Below are positions 35,270-45,273 of a DNA stretch of 64,000 nt, one piece after another. The DNA comes from Thermodesulfovibrionales bacterium. GTDB lineage: Bacteria > Nitrospirota > Thermodesulfovibrionia > Thermodesulfovibrionales > SM23-35. The stretch is taken from the NCBI GenBank assembly GCA_049302065.1, contig JBAQLU010000202.1:254-64253 (forward strand), given 5' to 3'. The notes beneath the pieces were generated by a model that was not told the origin of the DNA, ran no database searches, and saw nothing but the letters and a program-made list of their open reading frames with translations. The first letter of the stretch is position 1, and each line of letters begins with the position of its first letter. A program made the position numbers and the translations under genes.

Positions 35270-35682
35270 TCATCTTCCAGTGCGGTAAGGGCCGTGAAGA
35301 AGGCATCGCGTTGGTACTGATTGAGAGCAGCGGGCGCTGCATCGGGATTCTTCTTTGATACAGTTGCTATTGTCTGTGGTGACAACAGGTGTGTATCGCA
35401 TATTTCAATGAGCTGAATGATCCCCTCCATCTTAAAACTGACAGGTCCCCCCGCGAATTTACCCTTTCTCCCTCGCTTTTTGATCGCGATCCGGTCAATT
35501 CCATGGTATTTGATTAACGCAGTCATCGCATCCCGGAAGGCCCGTACTTGTCCAGAGTCCTCATCATCAGGTAGAGTGATCTTCCGTGGTTCGCTGTCAA
35601 TCAAGCTCCATGACGTCTGTGTGCCATCCAGAATAACAACTATTGCATCATGCCCTACCAATTCAATTCCGCAAATCTTCAT
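35266..35682 (-). CDS. 138-aa hypothetical protein (DUF3010-like by recollection)
   Basis: MKICGIELVGHDAIVVILDG... AGGGAGA SD. The stop overlaps the kinase start by 4 nt. The family assignment is from memory only. Confidence 0.5.
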   Translation of the reverse strand: MKICGIELVGHDAIVVILDGTQTSWSLIDSEPRKITLPDDEDSGQVRAFRDAMTALIKYHGIDRIAIKKRGRKGKFAGGPVSFKMEGIIQLIEICDTHLLSPQTIATVSKKNPDAAPAALNQYQRDAFFTALTALEDE

Positions 35683-35762
35683 TATCTCCCTTGCGAACGG
35701 GGCAATTCACGGCTTACCCCGAAGTCTTTTATGTTGGGTAGTTGCCCAATTGCCCAAACGAC

Positions 35763-36929
35763 TCAACCTCTACCCTTGGTATATTTCACGATTCGTGCCT
35801 TCTTTTCTTCAAAAGCTTTGATCGGCTCAGGGATCGGCGGAAATAGCTGATGGAAGCCGCCGTGGATATTGCAGGCCATCTTTAATAGTGAACTCAACAG
35901 ATTGTGTGAGCTTTGCTGCGTCTCGTGTATGTGCTGCTTCAAGCGTACAGTTGTGTCGCCGCTGTCATCAATATACTGTTGATCCACCTCGCCACCGTTG
36001 TGTTCGTACACGTGGCGACGATGAAACATCAGGGAGACGAAACGGCATTCGTTTTCTTTCATGCCCGAGCATACATCGATATCAAACCAGTTCCGGAGGG
36101 TCTCGCGCACCTCTGATAGATTGTGAAAGCGCTGCTTTAACAACCGGTTTTTTCGGCGCTCCGTTAGAGGTACCCTATCGGCCAGTTGTTTTGCATACTG
36201 CGCCACGAAGGAATCGAAAGATGACACAGCATCCCTGACGCAATCCTCTGGAGCATTGCCAGCGTTGAGGCGTTCACGTATGGTCGGCACTGTTTCGCCT
36301 TCGAAGTCTGCCAGATCATTGCGGGTTCCACACTTTGAGCAGTAGCCAAATCGGCCTAAGATATCGTTGAATTCCTCACAGGCCCTACAGGTGAATTTGC
36401 GCTGTTGACTTTGTTCGGACACATAGAAGCTGGGCTTTTCGCCTTCCTTGCCCACGGCTTCGGCGACCGCATCCATGTCGATCACGACTTCGCCATCCTC
36501 CACGGAATCCAGAGCCTCGCTCAGGACTTCACAGTAGTGACGCACATAGCGTAGTTGAGCTTCCGAAAGGAATTGATAGCCAGGTTCCGTGGTAGCGCAA
36601 TAAGGGCATATGTTGGGCAATGGGCCACTGCGCCAATACCCGTTGCAGTGCGGGCAGTGCTGCCCAAACTTGCCTTGACTATCGGAGGCAATGAATACAG
36701 GAAAGCAGCCGGGGATAGGCGGAGGGTTCCACGGCTGCCCTATTCCACCTAGTTGGATCTGAGCGACGGGCACACCTTGTGGCAAAGCGTATATCGCGAA
36801 GATCACCAGCGGCACAGGACGGCTTGAGCTAAAGCCCACTTGATACGAGCGATGGCCTTTATCGTCAGTCTTAATGCCGAAAGTGATTTTGCCCCCTGAG
36901 TGACCGATTTCCTCAAATTCGCTGACCAC
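35763..36929 (-). CDS. 388-aa hypothetical protein with two zinc-ribbon motifs
   Basis: CPHCNGYW-x-CPYC and CRACEEF-x-CSKCG pairs, with a helical C-terminal half. GTG start with a GGAGAG SD. Confidence 0.6.
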   Translation of the reverse strand: MVSEFEEIGHSGGKITFGIKTDDKGHRSYQVGFSSSRPVPLVIFAIYALPQGVPVAQIQLGGIGQPWNPPPIPGCFPVFIASDSQGKFGQHCPHCNGYWRSGPLPNICPYCATTEPGYQFLSEAQLRYVRHYCEVLSEALDSVEDGEVVIDMDAVAEAVGKEGEKPSFYVSEQSQQRKFTCRACEEFNDILGRFGYCSKCGTRNDLADFEGETVPTIRERLNAGNAPEDCVRDAVSSFDSFVAQYAKQLADRVPLTERRKNRLLKQRFHNLSEVRETLRNWFDIDVCSGMKENECRFVSLMFHRRHVYEHNGGEVDQQYIDDSGDTTVRLKQHIHETQQSSHNLLSSLLKMACNIHGGFHQLFPPIPEPIKAFEEKKARIVKYTKGRG

Positions 36930-36987
36930 GTTGCTCTCCTAATATACAAAGTCTAATAGAATTTATCGTATAATCCATGGTTTCCCA

Positions 36988-38265
36988 TCAAATCGCACTC
37001 TTCAGCAAAGCAGTAACGCGTTTCTTGCCCGTGAGCAGATCTTGCATGAGAGCGGTTTTGAGTCGCATCAGCTTCTCAAGATCAGCAGAAGATCTCTGAA
37101 GTGCACGGTCTGCATTACTCAAGGTTTTCGAAATCTGTGTTTGTTCCGCAACTGTTATAGGGACGGCGATTACGTACTCTCTGAAGAACTGAAGGCCAAT
37201 GGTGACAATAGTGCTACCAGAAGCGATGCCTTCGAACTTGGGTTTATCTCGCTGTAGCCAATAATACAGATAGTAATTATCGAGTTTTGCAGGTTTGCAG
37301 CGCCACGCCATGAAATGCTGGCTAACAGCCATATCGTCTGCGAGTATCGCGCTTTTTCCTACACCAGCATCTCGTGACAATACCACTGTCCCTTTCGGGT
37401 GTAAGACGGCGGACGAGTATCTGATTCCGAGGGCGCTGATTTTTTTATCTGTCTCTGTAATCAATACTTGATCAAGCTTGCTTGAATCAGCGAGGGAAAC
37501 CCATTTGATGCCACCGTTCCAATAAGCTGCCTTTCTCTTATTTGGAGTATGACCGCTACCTCGTGTAGCTAATGCGTCGAGCTGAACCACGTCCCACTCC
37601 ACCGGAATCCTGCCCAGCGAAGAGTCTTTGAATTTATGGGTTTGTTCGGAGCGGAGGTTGCCGTGTTCGTCGATGCCACGGGTGAGAAGGTCTTGCATCA
37701 GGCCGGTCTTGATGCGCTGCTGCTTGGCAATCAACGCCTCGGTCTGTTCAATCGCTCGGTCCACCGTCGAGAGTATCTCGGCGATTTTGGTTTGTTCGGG
37801 TTTCGACTGCGGCAACTCAAAAGAGATGCAAGATAGCTGAGCCTGATTTATCGATGGAACAGCACCGGACTGAACAAAAATAGCAAAGTCTAAATCTTCA
37901 AGTAAATAAAACAAAAATAAGGGAGCAATACCATGTGGTACAGCCGCCATCATATTATTATCAATACATGTTGGCCTTGTTAAAATTCGCCTGCGATTGA
38001 GTAAAAGAGCAGCTCCGACTTTAGCAAAGACAACAGAATTTTCCGGAAATGCTTTGAACGCATCGTTCCTTCTTGTTTTTTCGTCTATCCAATTATTAGC
38101 TTCTACAATCATCTTCTTGTTGCTCGGCAATTCCATATCACTAACTTTGATAAATGGATAATCGCCATCTTTCTGTCCTTGAAGTTCCTCTCGAAATCCA
38201 TTACCACCGGTAAATTTACAGACCTCGCCAAATGTTATGGATCGCCAGCCTTCCACGGCACTCAT
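36988..38265 (-). CDS. hsdS: Type I restriction enzyme specificity subunit
   Basis: Two target-recognition domains separated by conserved helices (EQTKIAEILSTVDRAIEQTEALIAKQQRIKTGLMQDLLTRG and ...LEKLMRLKTALMQDLLTGK). The ATG at 38265 is chosen because the track start at 38403 overlaps the fic gene. Confidence 0.88.
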   Translation of the reverse strand: MSAVEGWRSITFGEVCKFTGGNGFREELQGQKDGDYPFIKVSDMELPSNKKMIVEANNWIDEKTRRNDAFKAFPENSVVFAKVGAALLLNRRRILTRPTCIDNNMMAAVPHGIAPLFLFYLLEDLDFAIFVQSGAVPSINQAQLSCISFELPQSKPEQTKIAEILSTVDRAIEQTEALIAKQQRIKTGLMQDLLTRGIDEHGNLRSEQTHKFKDSSLGRIPVEWDVVQLDALATRGSGHTPNKRKAAYWNGGIKWVSLADSSKLDQVLITETDKKISALGIRYSSAVLHPKGTVVLSRDAGVGKSAILADDMAVSQHFMAWRCKPAKLDNYYLYYWLQRDKPKFEGIASGSTIVTIGLQFFREYVIAVPITVAEQTQISKTLSNADRALQRSSADLEKLMRLKTALMQDLLTGKKRVTALLKSAI

Positions 38266-38305
38266 TTCACTCTTCCCCCTGCAAACTTCACCCCTGATCC
38301 TGCAC

Positions 38306-39523
38306 TCATCTCGCCAATGTCGGATACAGGTCCGGGAAAAAAAATCCTGCCGCATGGATGGGAAATCCCAATCTGACCTCTCCCTTCGGAGTGTCCGAAA
38401 CAAGCAATCCCTCCTCGAGAAGCAGCCCTAGAAGATTTCGTCCTGTCCGTTCCTTCAGACCGGAGGCATGAATGACGTCACCCCGCGTTGAAACACCGTG
38501 TATCAGGACTTCCTGAAGCATCCGGGACGCCTCGGGCCGGAGCGGTTGTTTTTTCCCCGACGGGCCGGGGACCATGCCCCTGTTTCGAAGATCGACATAG
38601 TGCCTGATCCGTTGGATGAGTTCTTCCAACTTAAGTAGATTGCCCATATATTCCACCTGGTCAAGGCAGATTTCGAGAAAAAAACGGCAGAACAGTATCA
38701 GCCCTTCATTCGACAGATTCCCCCTGCCGTCGAGGTCATTTTGCCGGGGTGCATCCGCCCAGGTCAGCGCCGCCTTATAATCGACGTTCCGGCGGGCAAG
38801 TCCGCGGCTCACTGACCAGAGACCGTAACCAAGGACGGGAATCCGTTGGAAATAGGCCTCTGTGAAAAGACGTGCAACACGGCCGTTGCCGTCAAGAAAG
38901 GGATGAATCCACATGAGTCGATGGTGTGCGGCTGCTGCCGCAACGAGCTTTGTCGCGCCATGATGACGGTCCGGCGCATAAAATTCCTTGAACCGGTCAA
39001 GAAATGTATCCAGAGAGTCGCTTTCCGGCGGCAGATGGCGTCCGACTTTTACCGCTTCTTTGCGAAACTCGCCCGGGAAAACCCGGCTTTCGCGCCCTGT
39101 ATCAGGGTCTTTCACGATCAGATATTCCTCCGGCAGTTGCTTATAAAATTCCCTGTGAAGATGGCAAAGGAATGTTCGACCAGCGATATTGATTCCGGGT
39201 TCTTCCTGTAATCTTTTTTCCATATCCCTTTGAACGGTAATATGGGCAACACTCTCCAACTGGAGGTTATGCTTTGCCGGTTCGGTATCGTACTGCCTCT
39301 GCATTGCGCGGACAATGTCATAAGGATGCGTGTTATGGCCCTCGATCAGATTGGAATAATAACTGTTAATGATCCGGAGCAATTCATGCAGAGAATTGAG
39401 CGTGACAGGATGCTGCCGGCTGCCAAGGGCCGCTGATTTCTGGATTACAACAAGGGCAAGGTCATGAAGCTCCTCAGCCCTTTCGGGATACAGGGGTGTC
39501 ATTTTGTGTATTTGCGAAGTCAT
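38306..39523 (-). CDS. Fic-family protein with C-terminal winged-helix
   Basis: HPFLDGNGRVARL (HxFx[D/E]GNGRxxR). The start is uncertain. The track start at 39565 is a TTG lying in a repeat-bearing AT-rich spacer, and the first ATG is at 39523. Confidence 0.85.
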   Translation of the reverse strand: MTSQIHKMTPLYPERAEELHDLALVVIQKSAALGSRQHPVTLNSLHELLRIINSYYSNLIEGHNTHPYDIVRAMQRQYDTEPAKHNLQLESVAHITVQRDMEKRLQEEPGINIAGRTFLCHLHREFYKQLPEEYLIVKDPDTGRESRVFPGEFRKEAVKVGRHLPPESDSLDTFLDRFKEFYAPDRHHGATKLVAAAAAHHRLMWIHPFLDGNGRVARLFTEAYFQRIPVLGYGLWSVSRGLARRNVDYKAALTWADAPRQNDLDGRGNLSNEGLILFCRFFLEICLDQVEYMGNLLKLEELIQRIRHYVDLRNRGMVPGPSGKKQPLRPEASRMLQEVLIHGVSTRGDVIHASGLKERTGRNLLGLLLEEGLLVSDTPKGEVRLGFPIHAAGFFFPDLYPTLAR

Positions 39524-39570
39524 ATCTATCGTATTATTGCCGATATTATTACCTATTCTTAACAATTCTA

Positions 39571-39599
39571 AGTATATATTAAATAATAATAATTAACAA
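39571..39599 (-). promoter_or_regulatory. Possible internal sigma70-type promoter in the AT-rich hsdM-fic spacer
   Basis: On the minus strand, TTGTTA-N17-TATACT. Flanked by three ATCGGCAA(A/T)A direct repeats. Confidence 0.3.
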
Positions 39600-39650
39600 T
39601 ACAAAAGAATACTATTGATACTTTATTGCCGATATATTTGCCGATGTTTT

Positions 39651-42341
39651 TCAAGCCTCCCCCAAATACCCCAACCCTGCCAGGAACCCCTCAAGCACCT
39701 TCAGCGTCTCACCACGCGCACGTTCCAACTCCCGGCTTGAGACGGCGTATTTGTCCCAAAGGTTTTCAACGACCTGAACCAGCCCACGCTTTTCGGCGTT
39801 GAGGTAACGATTCAGTTCGCTGTTGGCCAAGTCGTAGATCTTTTTCAGGATTAACTGACGAGCCTGTTCCTCGGTAAGCTGCCCGCCGATGGAGGCGAAA
39901 AGGGCGTCGGTTTTGGCAAGGCGTTCTTCGAGTACTGTCTTGTCCTTGTTCAGGGCTGTGATCTTCTTCTTGTCGACCTTGTTGGCGCTATCGAGATTTG
40001 TCAGTTGGGTGTCCACCTGTTGGATCAATTCCCGGCTCTCTGCCTTGAACTCATCGCCACCCAGGCGCTTGAGCTGGAGCTTGAGTTCCAGTTCATCGGC
40101 TTTGGTTTTGAGCGCGGACTTGCTGTCCTTGATGCGCTTCTCTATGGTGGTGACGGCCTTTTCCTGTGCTTGCAGATTTTTCAGCTCTTTGAGGGCAGAA
40201 TCGCCCTTGCTGTTTTGCAGATCGTCGATCAGTTCCTTAAGCGCTTTTTTAATGACAGCGGCAGTAACTGTCTCATCCTCTTCCGGTTCATAAGCAGCCA
40301 CTTCCTGCGCTGCTTCTACTGCCTCGGCAAGTTCACTCTGGGCCTCGCTGATCTGCGCTTCCAGCTTTTCGATATCATCGGCTTCCTTCTGGAAAAACTC
40401 CGCTATCAGGTAATCATCGGGAATCAGGCTGTGATGCCAGCCAATGGAGATGATGGTCTTGAGGTCGTAGCGTATCTGCTGCCACCAGTTCACGAACACT
40501 CCGGCGCTCTTGAATTCATCGAGTACGCTCAAGGGAATGAGCTTGGTCTTAAGCGTGGTCAATAGCTCGTGCCGCACCTCGGGCATCTTTTTGCCGTCGC
40601 GCAACTGGGCAAAGTCATTTCGGGCTACATTCCACCAGGCTTCGAGCGCGTCGTGATGGCTTGTAAGAGTTTGCTGGAGAGCGGGGTTGTCTTCGAGAGT
40701 GGTTTTGATCGCGTGCCTGGCCTCGATTCCCGCATTGAAAACAAGATAGCCAGGGCGCGCGGGCTTAAAGAGCGTGTCAGGATTTATCCCGAAGCGGCTG
40801 AAATCATCATTCAGCGCATAGACTTCGGACTCGGGTGTGCCACCAATGAGATGTGCCTGCACATCCTCGGGTTCAGGATCTGGAGTGTTGTCCACGTAGC
40901 GCCGGATGTTCAGGTTGTAGTCGTGCTTATTAACAATCTCATCCTTACTGACCAGGCGGCTGTATTTGGGAATCTCCAGCTTGCGGGTAAAGACAAAATC
41001 TATCTTCTCTATGTCTTCAGGTCGCAGTTTGTTCTGGGCCTTGCCCTCGGCGTATTCGCGGTCAGCATTGATGAACAGCACCTTGTCCTTCATGATGTCA
41101 GGTTTGTTCTTGCTACATAGGAGCACACAGGCGGGGATGCCCGTGCCGTAGAACAGGCCCGGGGGCAAGCTTATGATAGCCTCGATCATATCGTCATTGA
41201 TAAAGATCTCGCGGATCAGCTTTTCCTTACCCCCGCGAAACAGCACGCCGTGGGGCATGATGGTGGCCATGTGGCCGCGGGTCTTGAGGCTGGCGAGCAT
41301 GTGTTGCACGAACATCAGGTCTGCTTTCTTGCCGGTCTCAGGGCACCATTCGCGGAAGCGGCTGGGGAATTTCATGTTCGCCCTGCTGTAGTTCTGCGAG
41401 AAGGGTGGATTGGCTAACACGCGGTCAAACTTTCTCACCTGCCCTTTATCAAGGATCAGAGGGTCCTCCAGGGTGTCCCCGTTCTCGATCGTGAAGCGGG
41501 TGATGTTGTGGAGGATCATGTTCATGTTGCAGATCGACCAGACCGTGCCGTTTGAGTCCTGGCCAAAGAGGGCGAGATCGTTCGGGTCCTGCCCCTGTTC
41601 TTCCACATACTGATGAGACTGTATCAGGAAGCCGCCGGAACCGCACGTGGGGTCGTAGATTTCATTGCCTGCCTTGGGCTTGGTGAGCTGCACCAGCAAG
41701 CGGACCACTTCTGCAGGCGTATAGAATTCACCCCCTTTCTTGCCGGCACTGTCAGCAAAGTACTTGATCAAATATTCGTAGGCCGCGCCAAGGAGATCGG
41801 GGAATTCGAAGTTTTCATTCACCAGCACGAACCGGGGATCATTGAAGTGATCGAGCAAATCCTTCCACTTCTGGTCCGGGATTTTGGTCTTGCCTTTGAC
41901 CGCGTTGAAGTCGATGTTGTTTTTGAGCACGCCGGCAAGGGCATCGTTCTCCTCTTCCACCGCTGCGATTGCCTTGTTCAGCATGTTGCCGATGTCGTGC
42001 TTGAGGTCCTTCAATGCCGGTACCCGGTCGCCGTTCTCGTCGATCCAGGACTCATGCCAGCGGGCGCGCACAGGAACGAAAAACGTCTCGCCATAGGAGG
42101 TCTTGTCTTCCAGCAGTTCCTTAATCAGCTCGGGCTTGTCTTTCAGATGGGCGAAATCCTTCTTGCGCAATTGCTCGCGCTTGCGGTCGAACTCGTCAGA
42201 GAGGCGCTTCAGAAACAGCATCCCGAAGATGAATTCTTTGAATTCAGAGGCATCCATCTTACCACGCAGGATGTCTGCGGCTTTGAACAGAAATGATTCG
42301 AGCTGGGAGAGGGTGATTTTATCAGTGATCAAGACTGGCAA
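39651..42341 (-). CDS. hsdM: Type I R-M N6-adenine DNA methyltransferase subunit with a ~400-aa coiled-coil C-terminal extension
   Basis: HsdM_N-like N-terminus, [13 protein letters not shown] motif and LANPPFS catalytic motif. The C-terminal half is Glu/Lys/Leu-rich heptad-like sequence. Confidence 0.9.
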   Translation of the reverse strand: MPVLITDKITLSQLESFLFKAADILRGKMDASEFKEFIFGMLFLKRLSDEFDRKREQLRKKDFAHLKDKPELIKELLEDKTSYGETFFVPVRARWHESWIDENGDRVPALKDLKHDIGNMLNKAIAAVEEENDALAGVLKNNIDFNAVKGKTKIPDQKWKDLLDHFNDPRFVLVNENFEFPDLLGAAYEYLIKYFADSAGKKGGEFYTPAEVVRLLVQLTKPKAGNEIYDPTCGSGGFLIQSHQYVEEQGQDPNDLALFGQDSNGTVWSICNMNMILHNITRFTIENGDTLEDPLILDKGQVRKFDRVLANPPFSQNYSRANMKFPSRFREWCPETGKKADLMFVQHMLASLKTRGHMATIMPHGVLFRGGKEKLIREIFINDDMIEAIISLPPGLFYGTGIPACVLLCSKNKPDIMKDKVLFINADREYAEGKAQNKLRPEDIEKIDFVFTRKLEIPKYSRLVSKDEIVNKHDYNLNIRRYVDNTPDPEPEDVQAHLIGGTPESEVYALNDDFSRFGINPDTLFKPARPGYLVFNAGIEARHAIKTTLEDNPALQQTLTSHHDALEAWWNVARNDFAQLRDGKKMPEVRHELLTTLKTKLIPLSVLDEFKSAGVFVNWWQQIRYDLKTIISIGWHHSLIPDDYLIAEFFQKEADDIEKLEAQISEAQSELAEAVEAAQEVAAYEPEEDETVTAAVIKKALKELIDDLQNSKGDSALKELKNLQAQEKAVTTIEKRIKDSKSALKTKADELELKLQLKRLGGDEFKAESRELIQQVDTQLTNLDSANKVDKKKITALNKDKTVLEERLAKTDALFASIGGQLTEEQARQLILKKIYDLANSELNRYLNAEKRGLVQVVENLWDKYAVSSRELERARGETLKVLEGFLAGLGYLGEA

Positions 42342-42567
42342 CCTTTCAGAAAGTTCAACATATTAACGGCCTGTCTTCTCACTTTCTATCTTATCCCCAT
42401 GTTGAAAAAGTGATTAATGATAATACGTTATGTCGATCAAAGACAAGGCCTATTTGCTTTTTGGGTCAAGACGAAAGTGTTCCGTGCCTATCAAAAGCAG
42501 GGACGAGGGCTTTTTTATTGCACATCATTGGATGATGCAGGTTCAACACTGGCTTTCAAATCTGAAT

Positions 42568-43614
42568 TTACAATAGTTGTCCTGATTTAATTATTCCGTA
42601 AACCTTTTCGACAGATAAGTCCTTCATACACTTCATGTCGTCACATGATTTCCTGAAACAGGGTGAACAAAGAATGTCTTCCCTAATAATAGTATGCCCT
42701 TTACCGTAGGGGCCTGTTCTGAATGGATCGGTGGGACCGAAAACAGCAAAGACCGGGACATTCAGTGCTGCAGCAATATGCATCGGACCTGAGTCATTGC
42801 TGACAGTAAAATTCGCTCTGCTTATTATGGCTATCAGTTCTCTGAGATTCGTTTTGCCTGCTAATGATACAGCCCTGCCACCTGACAGGGAAACGATTTC
42901 ATCAGCAATAGCTTTATCACTTTTGCTCCCGACAATAATTGATTCGATAGGAAGAAGAGAAGCAAGTTTCCCGAACTTTTCTGCAGGCCATATTTTTGTC
43001 TTCCACCGCGCACCGGGGACTATGACGATATAGTCTTTTAAGGATGAGAGATCAGGGATGAAGGATAAAGAAGAGTCAGAAGGAGGGAACGGGAAAGAGA
43101 TATCTGCAATATTGCATCCTAAAGATTCAGCGACTTTCAGATATCTGTCGACAGCATGGATATCCTTTCCGCCTGCAACTTTATGGGTATAGAAAACACT
43201 GCTTCCCTCTCTTGCCTCCCTAAACCCAATTCTTACCGGAGCACCGGTAGCGCCAGTAATGACACCACTTCTCAGGAGACCCTGCAGATCGACTACAAGG
43301 TCGTATTTTTCCTGTTTCAACTTTTTAAACAAGACTTTGATTTCCTGGATTGTGCTCTTTACATTCTGAATGTTTTTCCAGGAGTCTTTATCGATTACCC
43401 ATAGCTTGTTGATCATTGGATGGCTTTCAAGAATGCCTTCAAGCCCTTTTGCAATAATCCAGTGTATCTCAGATTTTGGCAAACAGGTTTTCACTGCATT
43501 TAGAAAAGGAAGGCTGTGTATAACATCACCGAGAGAGCTTGGTTTGACAATGAGGATTTTCTGAATTTGCGATGTCAGCTCTGTAAGTTCTTGGTTCATA
43601 AAACTTTTACTCAC
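42568..43614 (-). CDS. Glycosyltransferase family 9 (LPS heptosyltransferase)
   Basis: ILIVKPSSLGDVIHSLP and VSNDSGPMHIAAAL blocks. Confidence 0.85.
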   Translation of the reverse strand: MSKSFMNQELTELTSQIQKILIVKPSSLGDVIHSLPFLNAVKTCLPKSEIHWIIAKGLEGILESHPMINKLWVIDKDSWKNIQNVKSTIQEIKVLFKKLKQEKYDLVVDLQGLLRSGVITGATGAPVRIGFREAREGSSVFYTHKVAGGKDIHAVDRYLKVAESLGCNIADISFPFPPSDSSLSFIPDLSSLKDYIVIVPGARWKTKIWPAEKFGKLASLLPIESIIVGSKSDKAIADEIVSLSGGRAVSLAGKTNLRELIAIISRANFTVSNDSGPMHIAAALNVPVFAVFGPTDPFRTGPYGKGHTIIREDILCSPCFRKSCDDMKCMKDLSVEKVYGIIKSGQLL

Positions 43615-43651
43615 CCCCGGCCCCTCTTTTTAGAAGGGACACGTCTTAACC

Positions 43652-45208
43652 TTAACTCCTATTCTTTTGCTTTATTATCCAATTGACTGTCTCTGTAAGG
43701 TTCTTCGCAATAAAATCAGCATCTTGTGATTCTTTCAATTCTCCTGTCTGAACCAGTATGCCTTTTGCACCGACAGCCTTCGCAAGGAGCATATCAGCTT
43801 CTTTATCACCAACTACGTATGATTTTTTCAGGTTGATTCCATGTTGGGCCCTTGCCCTGAGAAGCATCTCAGGCTCGGGTTTTCTGCATGGGCAATGTTC
43901 ATCAGGATGATGAGGGCAGTAATAAAAATCATCAAATCCATACTCTTTCATGAACATATTGTTAACGTCTTTCACAAACCCCTCGTCAACTATGCCTCTT
44001 GCAATACCGGATTGATTGGAAATGCCGATAAGTTGCATGCTTTTTTCTTTTAAACGATTTATTGTATTTATGTCTTCAAAGATATGAAGGTCATCATACT
44101 TATTTGTATACCCTTTGTCTCTATTTAAGGTCCCGTCTCTGTCAAAAAACACTGCAGAGTTATTCGGCAGTATCTTTTTAATATCATAATAAACTTCATC
44201 TGATGTTATCGCATACATGCATCTCAGATCATTCGTTTTACATGAGCGCTCAAAACATGGACTGCATGAAAGATCAGGCTTTATTACTATGCGGTTATTC
44301 CCATCAACTCCGGGAGGCGGCCCTGTTAATACAGGATCGGTTGACCCGAATATTGCTATCAGAGGTGTTCTGACTGCATATGCAATATGCATTGGCCCTG
44401 AATCATTTGTGACAAAGACATCACATTCTGAAATCAGAGAAATAAGCTCTCTGAGGGATGTCTTTCCAGCCAGGCTCAGGAGGGAGTCCGGTGTCCGGAA
44501 GCCGGGTATCACTTTTTTGTATATCTCATCTGCGATATCGACTTCTGTCTTTCCACCAAAAATAATTGCACTTCCACCTGTATCACTTATAAACCAGGTT
44601 GCAATTTCGGCAAACCTGTCAGGAAACCATCTCTTTGCTGAGCCATATGTAGCACCAGGGTTAATCGCTAATATTGGTTTCCTTATGTGTTTTAACATTT
44701 CACGCGCATGCAATCTCTCTTCAAGCTTAAGGTAAATGTATGGTTCTGAATATCCGGATTTTAATCCTAACTGTTCAAGAAGGTTCAGGTAGTAATAAAT
44801 TTGATGTGCTTTATCTTTAGTATGAGGCAGTGGCAGGGCAGAGGTTAAAAGAAAGCCTCTGCCATCTCTGTTATACCCAAAACGGTTCCTTATCCCTGCA
44901 AGAAAGGTTATCAGGGCGGCATCAAAGGCATTCTGGAACAGGATAGCACTGCAAAAATCTTTTTTGTTCAACATTCTTGAGAGTTTCAGCTTTCCGATAA
45001 TCCCTTTGTGGTTATCATCATAGAGGATAACTTCATCAATATTCGGATTATTCTCAAAAACAGGAGCCACCCATGGTTTCACGAGGAGAGAGATTTTTGT
45101 CTCCGGCAAAGCCTTCCTCAAAGCTGTTAATGCAGGAAGGGTCATAACACCATCCCCTATCCAGTTTACTCCTCTCACGAGAAGATTCCTGCAAGATCTG
45201 TCAAACAT
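43652..45208 (-). CDS. Fusion of GT9 heptosyltransferase (WaaF-like) and D,D-heptose 1,7-bisphosphate phosphatase (GmhB-like HAD)
   Basis: N-terminal part has LVRGVNWIGDGVMTLPAL and VTNDSGPMHIAYAV. C-terminal part has FFDRDGTLN, GISNQSG, CPHHPDEHCPCRKP and VVGDKEADM. Confidence 0.85.
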   Translation of the reverse strand: MFDRSCRNLLVRGVNWIGDGVMTLPALTALRKALPETKISLLVKPWVAPVFENNPNIDEVILYDDNHKGIIGKLKLSRMLNKKDFCSAILFQNAFDAALITFLAGIRNRFGYNRDGRGFLLTSALPLPHTKDKAHQIYYYLNLLEQLGLKSGYSEPYIYLKLEERLHAREMLKHIRKPILAINPGATYGSAKRWFPDRFAEIATWFISDTGGSAIIFGGKTEVDIADEIYKKVIPGFRTPDSLLSLAGKTSLRELISLISECDVFVTNDSGPMHIAYAVRTPLIAIFGSTDPVLTGPPPGVDGNNRIVIKPDLSCSPCFERSCKTNDLRCMYAITSDEVYYDIKKILPNNSAVFFDRDGTLNRDKGYTNKYDDLHIFEDINTINRLKEKSMQLIGISNQSGIARGIVDEGFVKDVNNMFMKEYGFDDFYYCPHHPDEHCPCRKPEPEMLLRARAQHGINLKKSYVVGDKEADMLLAKAVGAKGILVQTGELKESQDADFIAKNLTETVNWIIKQKNRS

Positions 45209-45273
45209 AAATTATTGTAACATTTCGTTGCTGTTTTCTTGAGATTCCCAAGAGGTATCGCTATACTTTAACT

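Noticed and set aside
29115-42366. Many long plus-strand ORFs inside the R-M island (e.g. 30439..31020, 31243..31728, 31861..32376, 40005..40565, 40569..41120, 41613..42296)
   Set aside because: All lie antisense to hsdR, hsdM and other well-supported minus-strand genes. Stop-poor antisense frames are expected in GC-rich DNA. None has a recognisable motif.
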